A DNA stretch of 64,000 bases, from NCBI RefSeq assembly GCF_009914755.1, contig NC_060936.1. One strand, 5' to 3'. The notes beneath the pieces are model-generated. The model was not told where the DNA came from, made no database searches, and saw only the letters and a list, made by a program, of their open reading frames with translations. Positions 1 to 19,952 of the stretch are shown one piece after another (the first letter of the stretch is position 1; every line of letters begins with the position of its first letter). The translations under genes were made by a program, and so were the position numbers. This stretch comes from the human T2T-CHM13v2.0 reference genome, Homo sapiens.

Positions 1-195
<195 letters not shown>

Positions 196-382
196 TCAGA
201 TGATGCTACCAAAAAATGGTTAACTGTGTTAAACAAAGATCAAGTCACTCAAGAATGTTTTTAAAAACTGCATGAAAATCTGGAAAATCAGTGAGTAAAT
301 CACTTGCTACATACAGAAATCTAGGGGCTTAGTAGAGGAAGAGTTCTCAATAGAGTGCTTGAACTTAAAACCTTGCAGGAGG

Positions 383-696
383 TTTTTTTTGTTTGTTTGT
401 TTTTGAGGCAGGGTCTCACTCTGTCACCCAGTCTGGCATGAAGTGGCACAATCTCAGCTCACTACAACCTCTACTTCCCAGGCTCAAGCATTCCTCCAGC
501 CTCAGCCTCATGAATAGCTGGGACTACAGGCATGAGCCACCAAGCCTAACTAATTTTTTTTTTTTTTTTTTTTTTTTTTAGAGATGGGGTTTAGTCATGT
601 TGCCCAGGCAGGTCTTGAACTCCTGAGCTCAAAGGGATCAGCCTGACTCAGCCTCCCGAAGTACTGGGATTACAGACATGAGCCACTGCACCCAGC
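383..696 (-). mobile_element. Alu (AluJ-like)
   Basis: Reverse Alu consensus with expanded middle T run. Confidence 0.93.
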
Positions 697-1225
697 TGCA
701 GAAGTACTTTTAAGAAAATAAAGTGCCCGAGTTTGCTCAGTGCTTTGAAATGCAGAATAGCTGCAGAAATGAACCTGCTTAGCAGACATCTTTTATCTCA
801 TGAAACAGTTGACCAAATCTCTACAAGACCTTGTAGAAAAGGTTTTTATTTCAATTGACAAAATTCTTAGACTTTAAAGGGAATTGAATCTTTGGGAAAA
901 TCATGTTGCAGAAGGAAATTTTGAAATGTTTCCACTACTGCTTGATTATGCAAGTGAGGTGGGATATCACTAAGTAGGCTTTTTATTGAAACCACCTGGA
1001 AGAACTTCAGTATACAGCTAAACAGTATTCTCCCTCCCTTCTAATACAGGAGTAGGGTCCCTTTAAGATCTGCTCAGGTTGAGAACTTTGAGCTGCAGTC
1101 TGATTTTACACTCAAGATGAGAGCTACTGATACGCCTCTAGACGACTTCTGGCTTTCTATTTAAAAGAGAGAGAGAGAGACAGAGAGAGAATATCCTGTC
1201 ATTCATAGAAAAATAATGAAAATCT

Positions 1226-1549
<324 letters not shown>

Positions 1550-1995
1550 TCAGTTCCTTATATGTGTGAATAGGCTTATTTACTTCAGGTGAAAATGAAG
1601 TCTGTGTACTTATCCTAACCTATACCCAGAATTGAGCACCCATTAAAGCACATTATAACCAATATAGGCATAGTCTAACAATGATATGCTTTCAATTCTT
1701 CCCTTCAATCTTCTGTGCTATTATTGTTATACAGTTACATTTAAATATGTTATACTCTTAGTATACTGTTCCTATTTTTTATTTAGCCATTTATTTTAAG
1801 AGCTATTAAGTATGCAAAAAGTCCTTTATATTTACCTATATCTTAAGCATTTCCACAAAGCTTCTCTTCTTTGCATAGTTCCAAATTAGTTTGATATCCT
1901 ATTCCTTCTGCCTAACTTCCTTTAACATTTTTTTGTAGCATAAATCTGCTGCTATTGAATTTCCCATTTTTCTCTTAAAAAACATTTGTCATTCA

Positions 1996-2436
<441 letters not shown>

Positions 2437-5400
2437 CTATTATTCTTACCATCTTTTTCTGTATATAATGTCTTTTTTTTTCTCCACTGATCATCTACAA
2501 GATTTTATCTGTATCTTTGGTTTTCAGCAGTTTGAACATGGTGAATCTAGTTTTTTGTTTTTAAATTCTTGGCATTTTCTGAGCTTTTTGAAACTGTATT
2601 TCATCATTTTTGAAAAATTCTCAACAATTGTCTCTTTCTAGGATTAAAATTACACATATGTTAGACCATATGATATTGTTCAACATCTCTTGAATGCTAT
2701 TTGTTTTCTTTTGCTCTTGCCACTTATTTTTCTTTTTGATCATTTCATTGACCTATCTTTAACTTCACTGTTTCTTTCCTTGATTGTGTCAAATGATGTA
2801 TGGATGTGTCTGTATAAGTCACTTTTTATATCTGTTACCATGATTTTAAATTCTACCACTTGACTATCTTTTACCTTCTATCTGTCTGCTGATTTTCCTT
2901 ATCTGTCCATGCATGTTCTCCCTCTTTTCCAGGAGGAAAGGCTAACAATTTAATCATAATTATTTAAAATTTCATATCTGATAGTTCCAACATCAATGTC
3001 ATCTCCAAATCTGGTTCTATTGATTGCTTTGTCTCTTGAAAATGGGTTTAAACTTTTTTTTTTGTTTTTTTTGTGTCTTGTACTTTTAAATTTCTTGCTG
3101 CACAGAGTAGGTAGAACAGTAGAAATTGAGATAAATAGTAGTAAATACTATTTATTACTGGAAATGACATTTCTCCTGTTGGCTTCTAGAGGGTTAGTCA
3201 GTATAGTCAGGAATTGAGCTGGGTTTCTCTTTTGCTGTTGCTATGTTTATGTTCCATGTACCACCAGTTTTAGATTTCACTAGATATACCTTGTGCGTAG
3301 GGTGGGATTTGGTTTCCAGAGGCTTTTTCCTCAATGTCCTGCTTCTTCCTTAACTTTATACCTTCTCTATAAATGTGTGCCTCAGAGTTCTCCATGTTCT
3401 TGCCTCTTCCCCAAAAGTAGACTTTGGTTGCTTGTTGCCTGGTGCTTGTTATTTGGCACTTGCTAGAGGGTAGGATGGGGAGAGAGAGGGCAGGATAACT
3501 TTCTGTGGTCCTTCTCCAGCCTCAGACTTAGTCAGACCCTATATCTCTGGGTCTAGGAGTGGAGTTTTCTCAGTGATCGTATCCCTCACCCAGAGGCAGG
3601 AAACCTCTCTTGGACTGGATCCATGATAGTTTCTTTCCCCTCCTCCAGAGTTGGAGGGTTTTGTTCTTTGTATTTCTCCCAGATAAAATGGTATGTCACC
3701 TGTGCTCTGGGGGAGATAGGTTTACTGCCCTTACCCTAACAACATAAGTATTTTGTTTCTTAGGGGAGAAGGTCTGGGTGGAGCTTTGTGTGTTTACCAC
3801 AGAACTGGCCATTCTCCTCTCCAGGCCTATACTGCAAAAGGTGGCTTCCTATGAAATCCCACCCTGACTCCTGTCTTTCTCATCTGTATCCAGCGAAGTT
3901 GGTGAAAACAAACCAGCAAAAGGATGCAAACCATCTTTGGGTCTAGGGCTCTCAAGGGTTCCATGATTTCATTCTAGAACAAACAAATTGCCTTTAGCAA
4001 TTTGTTAAATATTTTAGCTTCTTACCTGCTTGTATGGTGGGCTTGCCTTCCTCTTATGCTCTGCCACAGGTAAATCAATGCTTTCATCTTCTCTCCTCTT
4101 GAAGATGCCTATTTTTCCTTAGAATATCAGGCTATTTTGGTGCCTTACCTCAGTTCTTGAGGGGGGGTGGTTCAAGACAAATTATGATTTTGTACATTAT
4201 TTTTTCTTGTTGTTAGCAAAATTAAAAATTATTTCCAGTTTTCTAGATCTTAGGCAGAAGCTATAAGCATTCCTAAGGATTTGAAATGTCATGTTTATCA
4301 TATTCTAAATTCTCATATGTATTTGGATTCATTTCTCAACTTTTTATTCTGTTTCATTAATCTGTCAATCTATGCACATACCAGTTACATGAATTGTAGC
4401 TTTATTGTAAATAATGATGAGGGACATTTCATCCATCCTCATTATTGTTATTTTTCAAAAATTTCTTAGATATTCTTGCTAAGTTAATTTTTAAATATAA
4501 AGTGTAACATAATTTTCACTTTAGAGCACTGAACTTAAAATAGCCTATGTTTAAGACAGCACTCTACAGCTATATCTCTAAAAGAGACCCTATTTCTAAT
4601 TCTTTTAACAATTTATTAATGTTTTTCTCTTATTAAATCAAACTTATTCAGTATAGCAAAATAAAAAATAATAGATAGTTAAATAAAAAGAGTAAAATTA
4701 CCTGCAATTCCACCATCCAATTATACCACTGTTAGCTTTGGACTATATCCTTGTTACAGAACTTTTACTACATAAGCAGACACATGTTACACCTATTATG
4801 TATAAATGGTTTCACACAGCATTATAATCTGCTTTTAAACTTAAAATTAAAAAATTTAAATATTATTAAAATTATATATTAATATATTATCAAAATATTT
4901 AATATTAAATATTCTTATTAACAATATTTTACAAATAGATACCCTTCTAGAACAGTGATTTTCAGATGTGCTGCTGGGAACTCTAAGGATTTAGAACTCT
5001 AGACTTCTAGATTTCTAGAACTCTAGAAAACTTTTCATGGGCTATTCTGCATGAGGTTGGAGAATAGAGATTGCCAAGCTGAACCTAACTCTGGCCCACT
5101 ATTCTCTCTTCTAGTAGAACATTTACTTGTCTCTTTTGGTTCTTAGGATTCTGCATAAGTTTTAATTTAAAAAAAGGCTCTGAAAAGAAAAATAAGTTTA
5201 AAAATCACCATTTTGCATCATCAATTAATTTTCTATGAACTACTTCAGGCATACAAAAAAGAGAGTATAATATAAAACTTGAACATATATCACTAACCTC
5301 AAGAAATGGACATAATATTATTGAAGCTTTCTGGATGCCTCTTTTTCATTCTTCAGACGCAAGCAATCACTATCCTTTGTTTTATCGTTCTCCTGCAAGT

Positions 5401-5454
5401 CCTTTTATATTTTTGCTACATATGTTTCTATAAGTAAAATATGATATTATTTTG

Positions 5455-6128
<674 letters not shown>

Positions 6129-6188
6129 AATATACGAAAGTTCCAGTTGCTTCACAGCCTCACAGTTATATCCCTTGTGGAAATTCCA

Positions 6189-7523
6189 TTTTATTATACT
6201 TTAAGTTCTAGGTTACATGTGCACAACGTGCAGGTTTGTTACATATGTATATATGTGCTATGTTGGTGTGCTGCACCCATTAACTTGTCATTTACGTTAG
6301 GTATATCCCCTAATGCTATCCCTCCCCCCCTCTCCCCATCCCACAACAGGCCCTGGTATGTGATGTTCCCCACCCTGTGTCCAAGTGTTCTCATTGTTCA
6401 ATTCCCACCTATGAGTGAGAGCATGCAGTGTTTGGTTTTCTGTCCTTGTGATAGTTTGCTCAGAATGATGGTTTCCAGCTTCATCCATGTCCCTAAAAAG
6501 GACATGAACTCATCCTTTTTATGGCTGCATAGTATTCCATGGTGTATATGTGCCACGTTTTCTTAATCCAGTCTATCACTGATGGAGATTTGGTTTGGTT
6601 CCAGGTCTTTGCTATTGTGAATAGTGCCACAGTAAACCTGTGTGCATGTGTCTTTATAGCAGCGTGATTTATAATCCTTTGGGTATATACCCAGTAATGG
6701 GATGGCTGGATCAAATGGTATTTCTAGTTCTAGATCCTTGAGGAATCGCCACACTGTCTTCCACAATGGTTGAACTAGTTTACACTCCCACCAACAGTGT
6801 AAAAGTGTTCCTATTTCTCCACATCCTCTCCAGCACCTGTTGTTTCCTAACTTTTTAATGATCGCCATTCTAACTGGTGTGAGATGGTATCTCATTGTGG
6901 TTTTGATTTGCGTTTCTCTGACGGCCAGTGATGAAGAGCATTTTTTCATGTGTCTGTTGGCTGCATAAATGTCTTCTTTTGAGAAGTGTCTGTTCATATC
7001 CTTCGCCCACTTTTTGATGGAGTTGTTTGATTTTTTCTTGTAAATTTGTTTAAGTTCTTTGTAGATTCTGGATATTAGCCTTTTGTCAGATGGATAGATT
7101 GCAAAAATTTTCTCCCATTCTGTAGGTTGCCTGTTCACTCTGATGGTAGTTTCTTTTGCTGTGTAGAAGCTCTTTAGTTTAATTAGATGCCATTTGTCAA
7201 TTTGGCTTTTGTTGCCATTGCTTTTGGTGTTTCAGACATGAAGTCCTTGCCCATGCCTATTTCCTGAATGGTATTGCCTAGGTTTTCTTCTAGGGTTTTT
7301 GTGGTTTTAGGTCTAACATTTAAGTCTTTAATCCATCTTGAATTAATTTTTGTATAAGGTGTAAGGAAGGGATCCAGTTTCAGCTTTCTACATATGGCTA
7401 GCCAGTTTTCCCAGCACCATTTATTAAATAGGGAGTCCTTTCCCCGTTTCTTGTTTTTGTCAGGTTTGTCAAAGATCAGATGGTTGTAGATGTGTGGTAT
7501 TATTTCTGAGGGCTCCATTCTGT
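6189..7523 (-). mobile_element. 5'-truncated primate L1 (L1PA): ORF2 C-terminus and 3' UTR
   Basis: L1PA 3' end (ttattatactttaagttctagg...), ORF2 fragments [31 protein letters not shown] and [27 protein letters not shown]; frameshifted. Confidence 0.97.
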
Positions 7524-7833
<310 letters not shown>

Positions 7834-7859
7834 AATATTAGCATATTCATAGTTCATAT

Positions 7860-8128
7860 TTTAGGACTAATCTTGGAACTAATCAGTACTATGTATTTCA
7901 AATATCTTCTCCCATTATGTGACTTGTTTCATTTTTGTGTATGTTTTTTATGCAGAAAATTTTTAAAGTTGAATATAATATACTATATTAGTATTTTCCT
8001 TTATGGTCATCTTTGTGTTTTACTTAAATTTTTTTTACCTTACCCTTAGATCAAAAAGATAGCCTCCTACATTCTATTAAAAATGTTAAGGTTTTGCTTT
8101 TATTTGGGCTTGTAATTTGCCTGAAATT

Positions 8129-8161
<33 letters not shown>

Positions 8162-9290
8162 TGAGATAGAGATCCAATTTATTTTATTTAGATAACCAAC
8201 CGTTCCAACCATTCTTCTCTAATCATTTATGATGTTACATCTGCTACTTATTAAGTTCTCATAAGTTCGAGTCTCTTTTGGAGTTCTGTATGTATTGTTT
8301 ATTTTTGTATTATTGGGTTCAACATTGTTTAAAATACTATGATTTTATAATGTCTTGATAGTTTTCAGGGTAAAACTTCACTTTATCCTTAGTCTTCAAA
8401 ATTGTCTTGGCTATTTTTGGCACTTAGCTCACTCATATAAACTCAAATTCTTCATTTCTAAGCAATAATGTTGTCCCTAAATCATTTAATTTTCCATTTT
8501 TGTAAGTATGTAGAAATGCAAGTGATTTTTGAATTTGACCTTGTATCCTGAGACCTTGATAAATTCATTCTTAGTTCTAGTAGTTGCTTTGTGGATTCCT
8601 TAGGATTTTTTGTGCAGACAATATGTCAGCTGAAAATACAGTTATACTTTTTCCTTTCAGATATTTATTTTTTGTTTTTTCTTAATACACTAGCTAGGAC
8701 TGCCAACACCACGCTGAATGGAATGAGTAAGGGACTAAGAGGGGACCATCCGTTACTTGTTTCTGATCTTAGGAAGAAAGCATTTAATATTTCACCATTA
8801 TGTTGGGTGTAGGTTTTTAATGGAGGGCCATTATCAGATTGAGAAAGTTTTTTATATTTCTAGTTTGCCGAGAGTTTTACATTATGAGTGGGTATTATAG
8901 CTGTTAAATGCTTTTTCTGGGCCTATTGAAATGCTCATATTTTATTTCCTTTACTATGTTAATATGAATTACATTGATTATCAAATGTTAAACCAACCTC
9001 TCAATTCTAGTATAAACCACATTTAATTATGATGATTTATCCTTTTTATATATTGGTTAATAGTGTTGAAGACTTTTGCATTTATGTTATTGAGGGATAT
9101 TGGTTTGTAATTTTCTTGTAATGTCTCCATTAGGTCTTGGTATCAGGCTAATGCTGACCTTACAAAATGAACTGGGAAGTTCTGCCTCCTCCTTCATTTT
9201 TTGAAGAGTTTGCATGTAAAATGTTTTATTTCTTCCTTAATTTTGGGTAGAATTCAATATAGAAACCATCTAGACCTTTAGTTTTCTGTG
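7860..9290 (-). mobile_element. Old L1 (L1M-type) ORF2 fragments
   Basis: Degenerate antisense L1 ORF2 motifs (gaccttgtatcctgagaccttg, cttaggaagaaagcatttaatatttcaccatta, gagggatattggtttgtaattttc); (TG)n at ~8129-8160. Confidence 0.7.
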
Positions 9291-9323
9291 AATCACAGCT
9301 ATTTTAAAGTTTGTTTCTGATAA

Positions 9324-10225
<902 letters not shown>

Positions 10226-10799
10226 ACTAAAAAATTAAAATTTTCTATGGGTCTGTTTTAATTATCCTTTTTCCTTTCTGTTTTTACAGTCAGTTGGTTT
10301 TATCTCCTTGAATGCCTTGTCATTTTTTGATTGAATGCTGGACACTTTGTATCCAAATTTTAATAATTTTAGGGTCTGGATGATGCTATCTTCTTCCAAA
10401 ATGATGGACTTTAACATCCAGCAGTGAGTTAGGGTAAGAACAGATCGTCTTAATCTTGTTCAGGATTGAGCAATTTCAGACTTTGTGATGGCTTACTTAT
10501 TTTGGGTTTATGCTTTTCTTTTAGGGAATAGCCCTTCAAGGATCCCCACTTAAAAAAAAAAAAAAGCTGGTATTTAATGCAGTTCCTCCCCTTTGGCAGG
10601 CCATGAACTGAATGTTCTGAATCCCCCACCCTGTGTGAGTGATAATACAGCTGCTCAGTTTTTCAGTCTCTTGGCCACTAGTTATAAATTGTCTTTGGGG
10701 AAAAGTGGTGCTGAATGTGTGGTTCACTTTTTTTGTGCTCCTCTTCTTTTTAGGATCCTGGTCCCGCAAGGCCTTGCTGCAAAACATTGGAAAAAATTA

Positions 10800-12350
<1,551 letters not shown>

Positions 12351-13309
12351 CATCAATTTTCAATGGATTCTGATTAAATTTACAAGTCAATTCTAAACAA
12401 GCGGTGACATTTCAAGGTTTAAACTTCAGTGATCAGGTTCCTTTTAGGTGATATTCCTGTCATTGATTTTTTGCTTGCTTTTTGTCCTTCTTCTGGTTAT
12501 AGCCCCCTTCTTTTTTGGGGGGGACTGTACATCCTTTATATCTTCTGGCAATGCTGCTAACCATAAAACTTTACATCTCCCTTGCTTTGAGTGGTAAATA
12601 GAAACCCAGGACTGATCAATCAGTACTCCATCTCCATGGAAAAACAGATTAGTTCAAGGGATTAAAATAGCTCATTTCCTGGGATTTCATATATTAGGTG
12701 TTGGGATAAGAAATTACTTCTTTCCTCTGCGGTTGTTAGTCATTCATAGTCCTAAGTTTTCTCCATTTTAGTAGGACAGATGAGGTCACTGCACAGAAGA
12801 GAAGAGAGGTGACACCCGATGGATTCTGTCTTGTCTAAGGACAGCTAGACCTCTGAACTTCCTGGTAACTTGAGCCAATATATTTTATCTATCCTCCCAT
12901 CCCAAAATTTCTAGGTAATTTGAGTTTCTTCACTTGTAACTTGACAAGCATTGAATAATATATGCCTCATTTTAATAGTATAACCTTATCTCCCCCCAAA
13001 CAAAAATCTCTTGTTCAGTTTCTTCTGTAGGGATTCCCTAAAAAAGATTTTTGAAGTGAATCTGCTCAACTTAAAATGAATTCATCTGATTAGGAACTTC
13101 TCCAATCCAGTTGTGGAGATTAAGGTCTTCCCTAGCATTTTTCAGATGGTGGGAGTGGTATCAGCAGAACATTCCAATATAGCTAGAGATTTGTTACCCC
13201 ACTGATAATTCTTTTCACTCCTCACTAAAAGCCTTGAGAATTCTTTTTTTTTTTTCCAACCCTTAGTTCTACTTCAGCCCAGGTGATCTAGATTTGAAAC
13301 CTATAGGCA

Positions 13310-13800
13310 AGTAGTTCTCAAACTTTAGCTTGCATCATAATCCCTTGGCGAGGTTGCTGAAAAAGACTGTTGGGGCCAGGTACAGAGGCTTATGCCTGTA
13401 ATCCCAGCACTTCAGGAGGCTGAGGCAGGAGGACTGCTTGAGCCCAGGAGTTCGAGACCAGCCTAGGCAACATAGGGAGACCCTGTCTCTACAAAAAATA
13501 AAAAATTAGCTGGGTGTGATGATGTACGCCCAGCTACTCGGGAGGTTGAGACCTGGGTGGAGGATCCACCAGGAGGCCAAGGCTGCAGTGAGCTATGTTC
13601 ACACCACTGCACACTACTTCAGCCTGGTAGAGGAAGACTCCTTCTCAAAAACAAACAACAAAAAAACAAAAAACAGTTGTGCTTCATCCTCAGTTTTTGA
13701 TTCTGTAGGTTTGGGGTGTGGTCTGATAATTTGTATTTCTAACAAATTCCCAGATGATGCTGATGCTATTGGTCCCAAGATGACATTTTGAGAATTACTG
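13310..13800. mobile_element. MER5A split by an AluJ (13374-13673)
   Basis: agtagttctcaaacttt...; gattctgtaggtttggggtg...tctaacaaattcccagatgatgctgatgct...ttgagaattactg. Confidence 0.8.
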
Positions 13801-14449
13801 ATAGATTCATATGTTAATAATAGAAAGTGGTTATTTTCCTTTAATCCAAGTACTCAAGTAACTAGCAGTCCTGGCATATTTAGCTGCATAAGTCATGCAG
13901 CAAATGGATGCATATTTTAGAAGTAGTAGAGTCCCTACATCATGCTGTGCCATGGTAATGATGCACTTTATAGAATGCAGAAAGCTTGGGCCTCAAAGAT
14001 AAGCAGCAGTTGTGTTGGTTTTCCTAAGAATTTAACCTTGCAAGAGATCTAGATTGTAGGACATTTGCCTCCCCACTTGGAATTTTTGGCTTTCTCTCTC
14101 TCTCTAGCAAGCAGAGAAGAGATGTAGGAGACTGGCTACTCTTTTCCTGATCAAATGTTAAGGGACTATCATCCAGCTACTTGTCTCATATGAAAAAATC
14201 TTTTTCTAATTTGATTTCCCGATACACTAGATTAGATTTGTTTGGAGGTGTATTTTTCCTTTGCCAGGGAATATGTAATATGATTGAACACATGATCTTT
14301 TATTTTTTAACTATTACTCGTGTTACCCAAGGTTTGATATCTATATGATCTCTTTTTTAACTAACTACTAACATAGAATACCTACATTTTAAGTTCTCAC
14401 AAGTGATTTTACTAATGAACTCTATTTCCGTTCAGAAAAAAGACAATTG

Positions 14450-14627
14450 GTAGTGTAAGTTTCTAAATACAGTTTCTGGACCAACAATATCAACATCATC
14501 AGAGAACTTGACGGAAATGCAAATTCATGGGCCCCACTCCAGACACTCAATACTGACTTAGAAACAGGAGCAACCAAAATTGTGTCTGAACAAGCTTGCC
14601 AGGTGATTCAAGTTTGAAAACCACTGT
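14450..14627. mobile_element. MER5A, opposite orientation to the copy at 13310
   Basis: gaaatgcaaattcatgggccccactccagac...caggtgattcaagtttgaaaaccactg. Confidence 0.75.
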
Positions 14628-15199
14628 TGCAGAGGAATAATTAAGCTAAACACTCCTAGGACAAGAAAGATGGTGAATATTACACACTGGGATGATATTA
14701 CTATGATCCCTGTTGGAACGATAGCACAACATTTATGGAAGCACACCTCAATATTCTAGCTGAGACAATGCAGAGACAAATGAGGACAGTGTACGTTAAG
14801 TGTACAGACCAATAGTAAAATCCATGAGAAAAATCATTTTCTGAGAACTGCTCTAAAAATGTTTATTTTGCCCAATGAACTGATATGATTTTTTAATATA
14901 ACAATGACATTTATAATCAATTTTCCTATTCCTAGCTTGGTTGCTTGGAGACTTTGAAAATGTTTTATATTTAAATGAATGTTTCCTCTAGGTGATTTAG
15001 CTTAGTTTTCTAGTATAATTATCCTTAACAACTTATATAATTCTTTTATTAAAAAATATTTATAGTTATACAGTATTTGTGCGTTTTATTAAGAAGAATT
15101 ACAAATTCTTCTTGGGAAAAGGATATATAGATAAGGTTTTTGAGGGAGCAAGTCTAGCATATGGTCAATAAATATCTAAATGAAGTCCTGAGTTTAGCT

Positions 15200-16125
15200 C
15201 TCCTGTTGCCTCTCTGACTTTCTCTCCTATTACTCTACTTCTTGCTCACTCCAATATAACCATATTAACCTTACTGTTTCTCCAACATATGAGAATATCT
15301 GCACCTCAAGGCCTTTGCTTTTGTTCCTCTGCATGGAAATGGTGGTCTCCTAGACATCTGCATAATTTTTGTCCAACGTTTCTTGCAGTTTTGGCTCAGG
15401 TACTACATTCTCAGTGAGGCTTTCTCTAATTAGTTCTCCCTTCGCTCCTGAATTCTTTTCCTGGCCTAGTTTTTGCACGATCTCAGCTCACTGCAACCTC
15501 TGCCTCCCGGGTTCAAGTGATTCTCCTGCTTCAGCCTTGAGTAGATGGGACTACAGGCACGCACCACCATGCCCAGCTAATTTTTGTATTTTTAGTAGAG
15601 ACGGGGTTTCACCATGTTGGCCAGATGGTCTCATCTCTTGACCTCGTGATCCACCTGCCTTGGCCTCCCAAAGTGCTGGGATTACAGGCGTGAGCCACCA
15701 CGCCCAGCCCATTTTTCCCTAGTTAGCTATTATCATGTAAGGTAACATGTAACGGATTATTTTCAGTCTTTCTGCTATTTGAAAGTAGCCTCCACAAGGC
15801 AGGGACTTTATTTTTGCCTGTTTTGCTTTTGGATGTATGCCCATCACCTACAGCAGTGCTTGGCATATAAGTGCTAACAGGAGCTTGTGAATGACAGACA
15901 AAGTATGCAAGAATCTGAGTGTTTATATTTAATAGCTTTAAAAAGCTTTTTTAAAAATCTAGATGCTAGCCGAGATTTTTTCTTCCACAACACATACCAC
16001 AACTATTCAGATTTACTCTTTCCTCCAAAACATTTAGTAAACACCTACTACGTGCCAGGCACTGTGCTAAGTGTTGAGAACAAAGATGAATGAGATTCTG
16101 ATGTTTCCTGGAGCTCATAGTAAAA
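15200..16125. mobile_element. L2 fragments and a partial minus-strand Alu (15475-15709)
   Basis: L2 3'-end motifs (acctacagcagtgcttggcat; acctactacgtgccaggcactgtgctaag). Confidence 0.65.
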
Positions 16126-17864
16126 TAAAGGAAACAACTTTTTTTAAAAAAACACAAATACAAGATATGTGTAGGCGTTTGTACACAGAAAATACTAAAA
16201 TTTAGGTCCTTTCCCCTCTGGTTTTTCTACTACTAGTCTCAGTAAAGCAAATACTAGACACTAGAGGGACAGTAAAGCACAAAGAAAGAATGAGATACGC
16301 AGGACTAAAGCTTCAGCCAAAAGGACAAATCACAGATTATAACATTCTTATGCAGAAGAGCATTATGTAACAAGGTTAGTCTGACCCCGAAGGCTGACAA
16401 ATGGCCCAGATGACCTCATGATATTTTGAGAAGCATTACGTAAACTTTAAGTATCCACAGTTAGTGATAATCCTGACATTCCAACAAATTATAATATTTT
16501 CTTAATAATTATTAGCTATTATCAAGTATTGATTACAACATTTTCTAGCCCACACCACCTGTCTTTTCTATGGCAAACACATTTTGCATATGACGCCTAT
16601 AAACATCCTGCCACTTTTCCCTATCTTTCCTTCTCTGGTAACAGCAACTAGGGTTCATAAACAAAGCAGATTCATATGAGTAGCAGGTCAGTGTCCCTGG
16701 AGTCCTTTAGGACAGATGTGGCAGCATAGTTACAGAGGTTTACTTTGCTCTTTCCAATGGGACAAGGAAGTCCTCTGAAATCCACCTCTTAAACCTTTCT
16801 CCCTTACTGGTCTGAGTAAAAAATTAGGTGTTTATGGTAACCAAGTAAATTATTCCAAAATTTTGCTTTAAGGTATTTTAAGAAGAAACAATAACATGTT
16901 TTTTAAAACAAGATGCTTTGGATATATGTAATTGACTTTTATCAAATGAAGCTGAGATTTATTATCTAGATGTGATTGAATCCAAAGGACCATGTCAAAG
17001 GTTTACAGATCAGTGTCCCCGTAGGGTTTGCAAAGTTATTTAATGGATTTTACCAAATTTAAATTCAAATTTTGCTAAAATGCTTTAATTTTTAGAAATT
17101 GTAAAAATAATGTTTAGATATAGGCAAAATTTGGACAATATTGAATACTAGTGCACTAACTTGTACTGCCAGGTTATCTTTGTGTGAGGCTTCTCCTACT
17201 CTGTACCTCTATTTGTTTTTCACTGTTGAGGAAAGTAATAGCATACTCACTCACATAAACTAGTATACTACTAGAGCATGTGTATAGTATATATATTATA
17301 AAAGTTTAAGTCAGATGCATCTGCTTAGCAATGCTGTGGTCACAACCTAAGAATTGTGCAGTAACAAGTGAAGGAGTCAAGCTGCTGTCATAAAACTGTT
17401 TTATAGAGGCCCATTTTGGCTACTGTTTTGGGAGGTGGGGAAGTTCATATCTATGAGTTTCTATAAATTCAATTTTTATGTTTTACATATTTGGTATTCC
17501 ACACATTTTTCACTGGAAAAGTCTGTTAAAACTGTAGCACTAATAACGTTGCTTATCTTACTAGGGAATAAAAAAGGAATTAAGCTCTGAGCACCAATTT
17601 TTAAAAATCTATTTTTGAAGAATGCAAAGGAAATTTTTCATGCAGGTATGTTAAATCTTAATGGACTACTGGCCATCATTAGAATTTGCACCAGAAAATC
17701 AACTAACTGCTTGAGCATTACAGCATTCCTCTGTCTAAAACAAAAACAAAAACAAATTATAGGGCAAAGTGGTATTAAGTAAGCCCTAAGAAGGAAAAAT
17801 ATAGCAGGTGTAGGGGTGAGGATGTGAGATTAGAGAATGAGGAGAAAAAAAAAAAAAATCAAGA

Positions 17865-18164
<300 letters not shown>

Positions 18165-19627
18165 TCAAGAAATGCCATTCTCCAAGATAATCAAATATTT
18201 TAAGCCTAAGTATATAGACTCAAGAAACTTACGCAATTACATGAAAATAATCTATGCAACTAACTGGTATATGAAAAAAAAGTCCTGGATTCAGTTGGGA
18301 AAAACCACCACCACAAAGTATCGGTTAAGAGTTTTGTGTTGTACCAGGCTTTGGATGCTGAACAAATAATCCGTAAACCTCAGCTTTCTCACCTGTAAAA
18401 TGGAGCACTTTAAGGATCAAATGAGATATGCTGTTGAAACAGACCTGTAAGAAAAACTGAGAGTGAGAAAGGGGGGAAGAAAACAAATCTCTTCTTTTCC
18501 ACTGTCACTCTTCCAGGCCTACAACCACCAAGTACATGTTCTATTAGTTATATATTTTTGAGGACAGAATCTGCTAATATCCTTCATTTCTTCACACTTT
18601 TCCCCTTTTCCTTCAGCTTTTTAAAAATGAAAATGCAGTTGGTTTATGAGACCCAGACATTTACTGGAATTTAAGCGGGGACGTGTTGGGATAGCTTGGC
18701 TCAAAAGATCTTACTTCTAATAACCTTTAGACAACTTTTAATAAAACTTTGAAGTTACAGTAATAAGGTAGAATCCATTATTTGTTACATTATAGAAATA
18801 AGTCTCACACTTCTGACTCCTGTAATTTTATTTTATATTTAATACTTTTGTAATCTGGTTATTTTATAGGCAAGGAACAGCAATATAATACTCTCCACAT
18901 CACTTACCTAAGAGAAAGAGCACTCGTTTGTATGGCAATTAACGCCAGAGAACCTTTCCAAAATCAAAGTCAAGAAATGGATTCAGTTAGACAGAGATTA
19001 ATAAAATATGAAAATAATCAATATTTCACTCTAAACCCAATACTTTTAGAGTTCTCATATGTACATTATCCCTGCTGAATATCATATTCAGATACAGAGA
19101 CCACACACATACAGTGTAAACATGGAACATCAAAGCAGACTCCATCAGCCAGCTTTTGTCTTTGCAAACAAAGGTTATCATTAACAAGATAGAGCTAATG
19201 AATAGTTAATAATTTTTAGTGGAGTTTGCTCTGTGTTCTGCTTATAATGTCAAAGTGAAGGATAATCTACAAAGCCATTTATTATGCCCTATGGGAAATG
19301 TGTTGGGATTGGGAGTCATGACTGTCTCAGATTAGCCAGGGAAGATTAAGTAGTAATATACTTTTAAGCAAAAGAATAAAGTTAGCCTAATGGATTAGAA
19401 AATATCTACTTTACTTTTTTATATGAATACTCCTCTAGAGTTCTATAGTAGCTTTTATTTGGCTTTCAAGTATTTGCATGTAAAATGCTTGTTTTTTTTA
19501 TGGAGGACAAATAACAGTAAAACCTACCATTCTGAGCATGAATAGGTGAAGTACTGGAAATAGAAATAATAGAATTCAATCCTTGTTGTATTAATTTAGT
19601 CAATATTAATTTAGTCAATAGTATTAA

Positions 19628-19952
<325 letters not shown>

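Noticed and set aside
4996-5027. Four tandem NNTCTAGA units, resembling a heat-shock element
   Set aside because: 8-bp period does not fit the alternating nGAAn 5-bp spacing; sits in probable repeat-derived sequence
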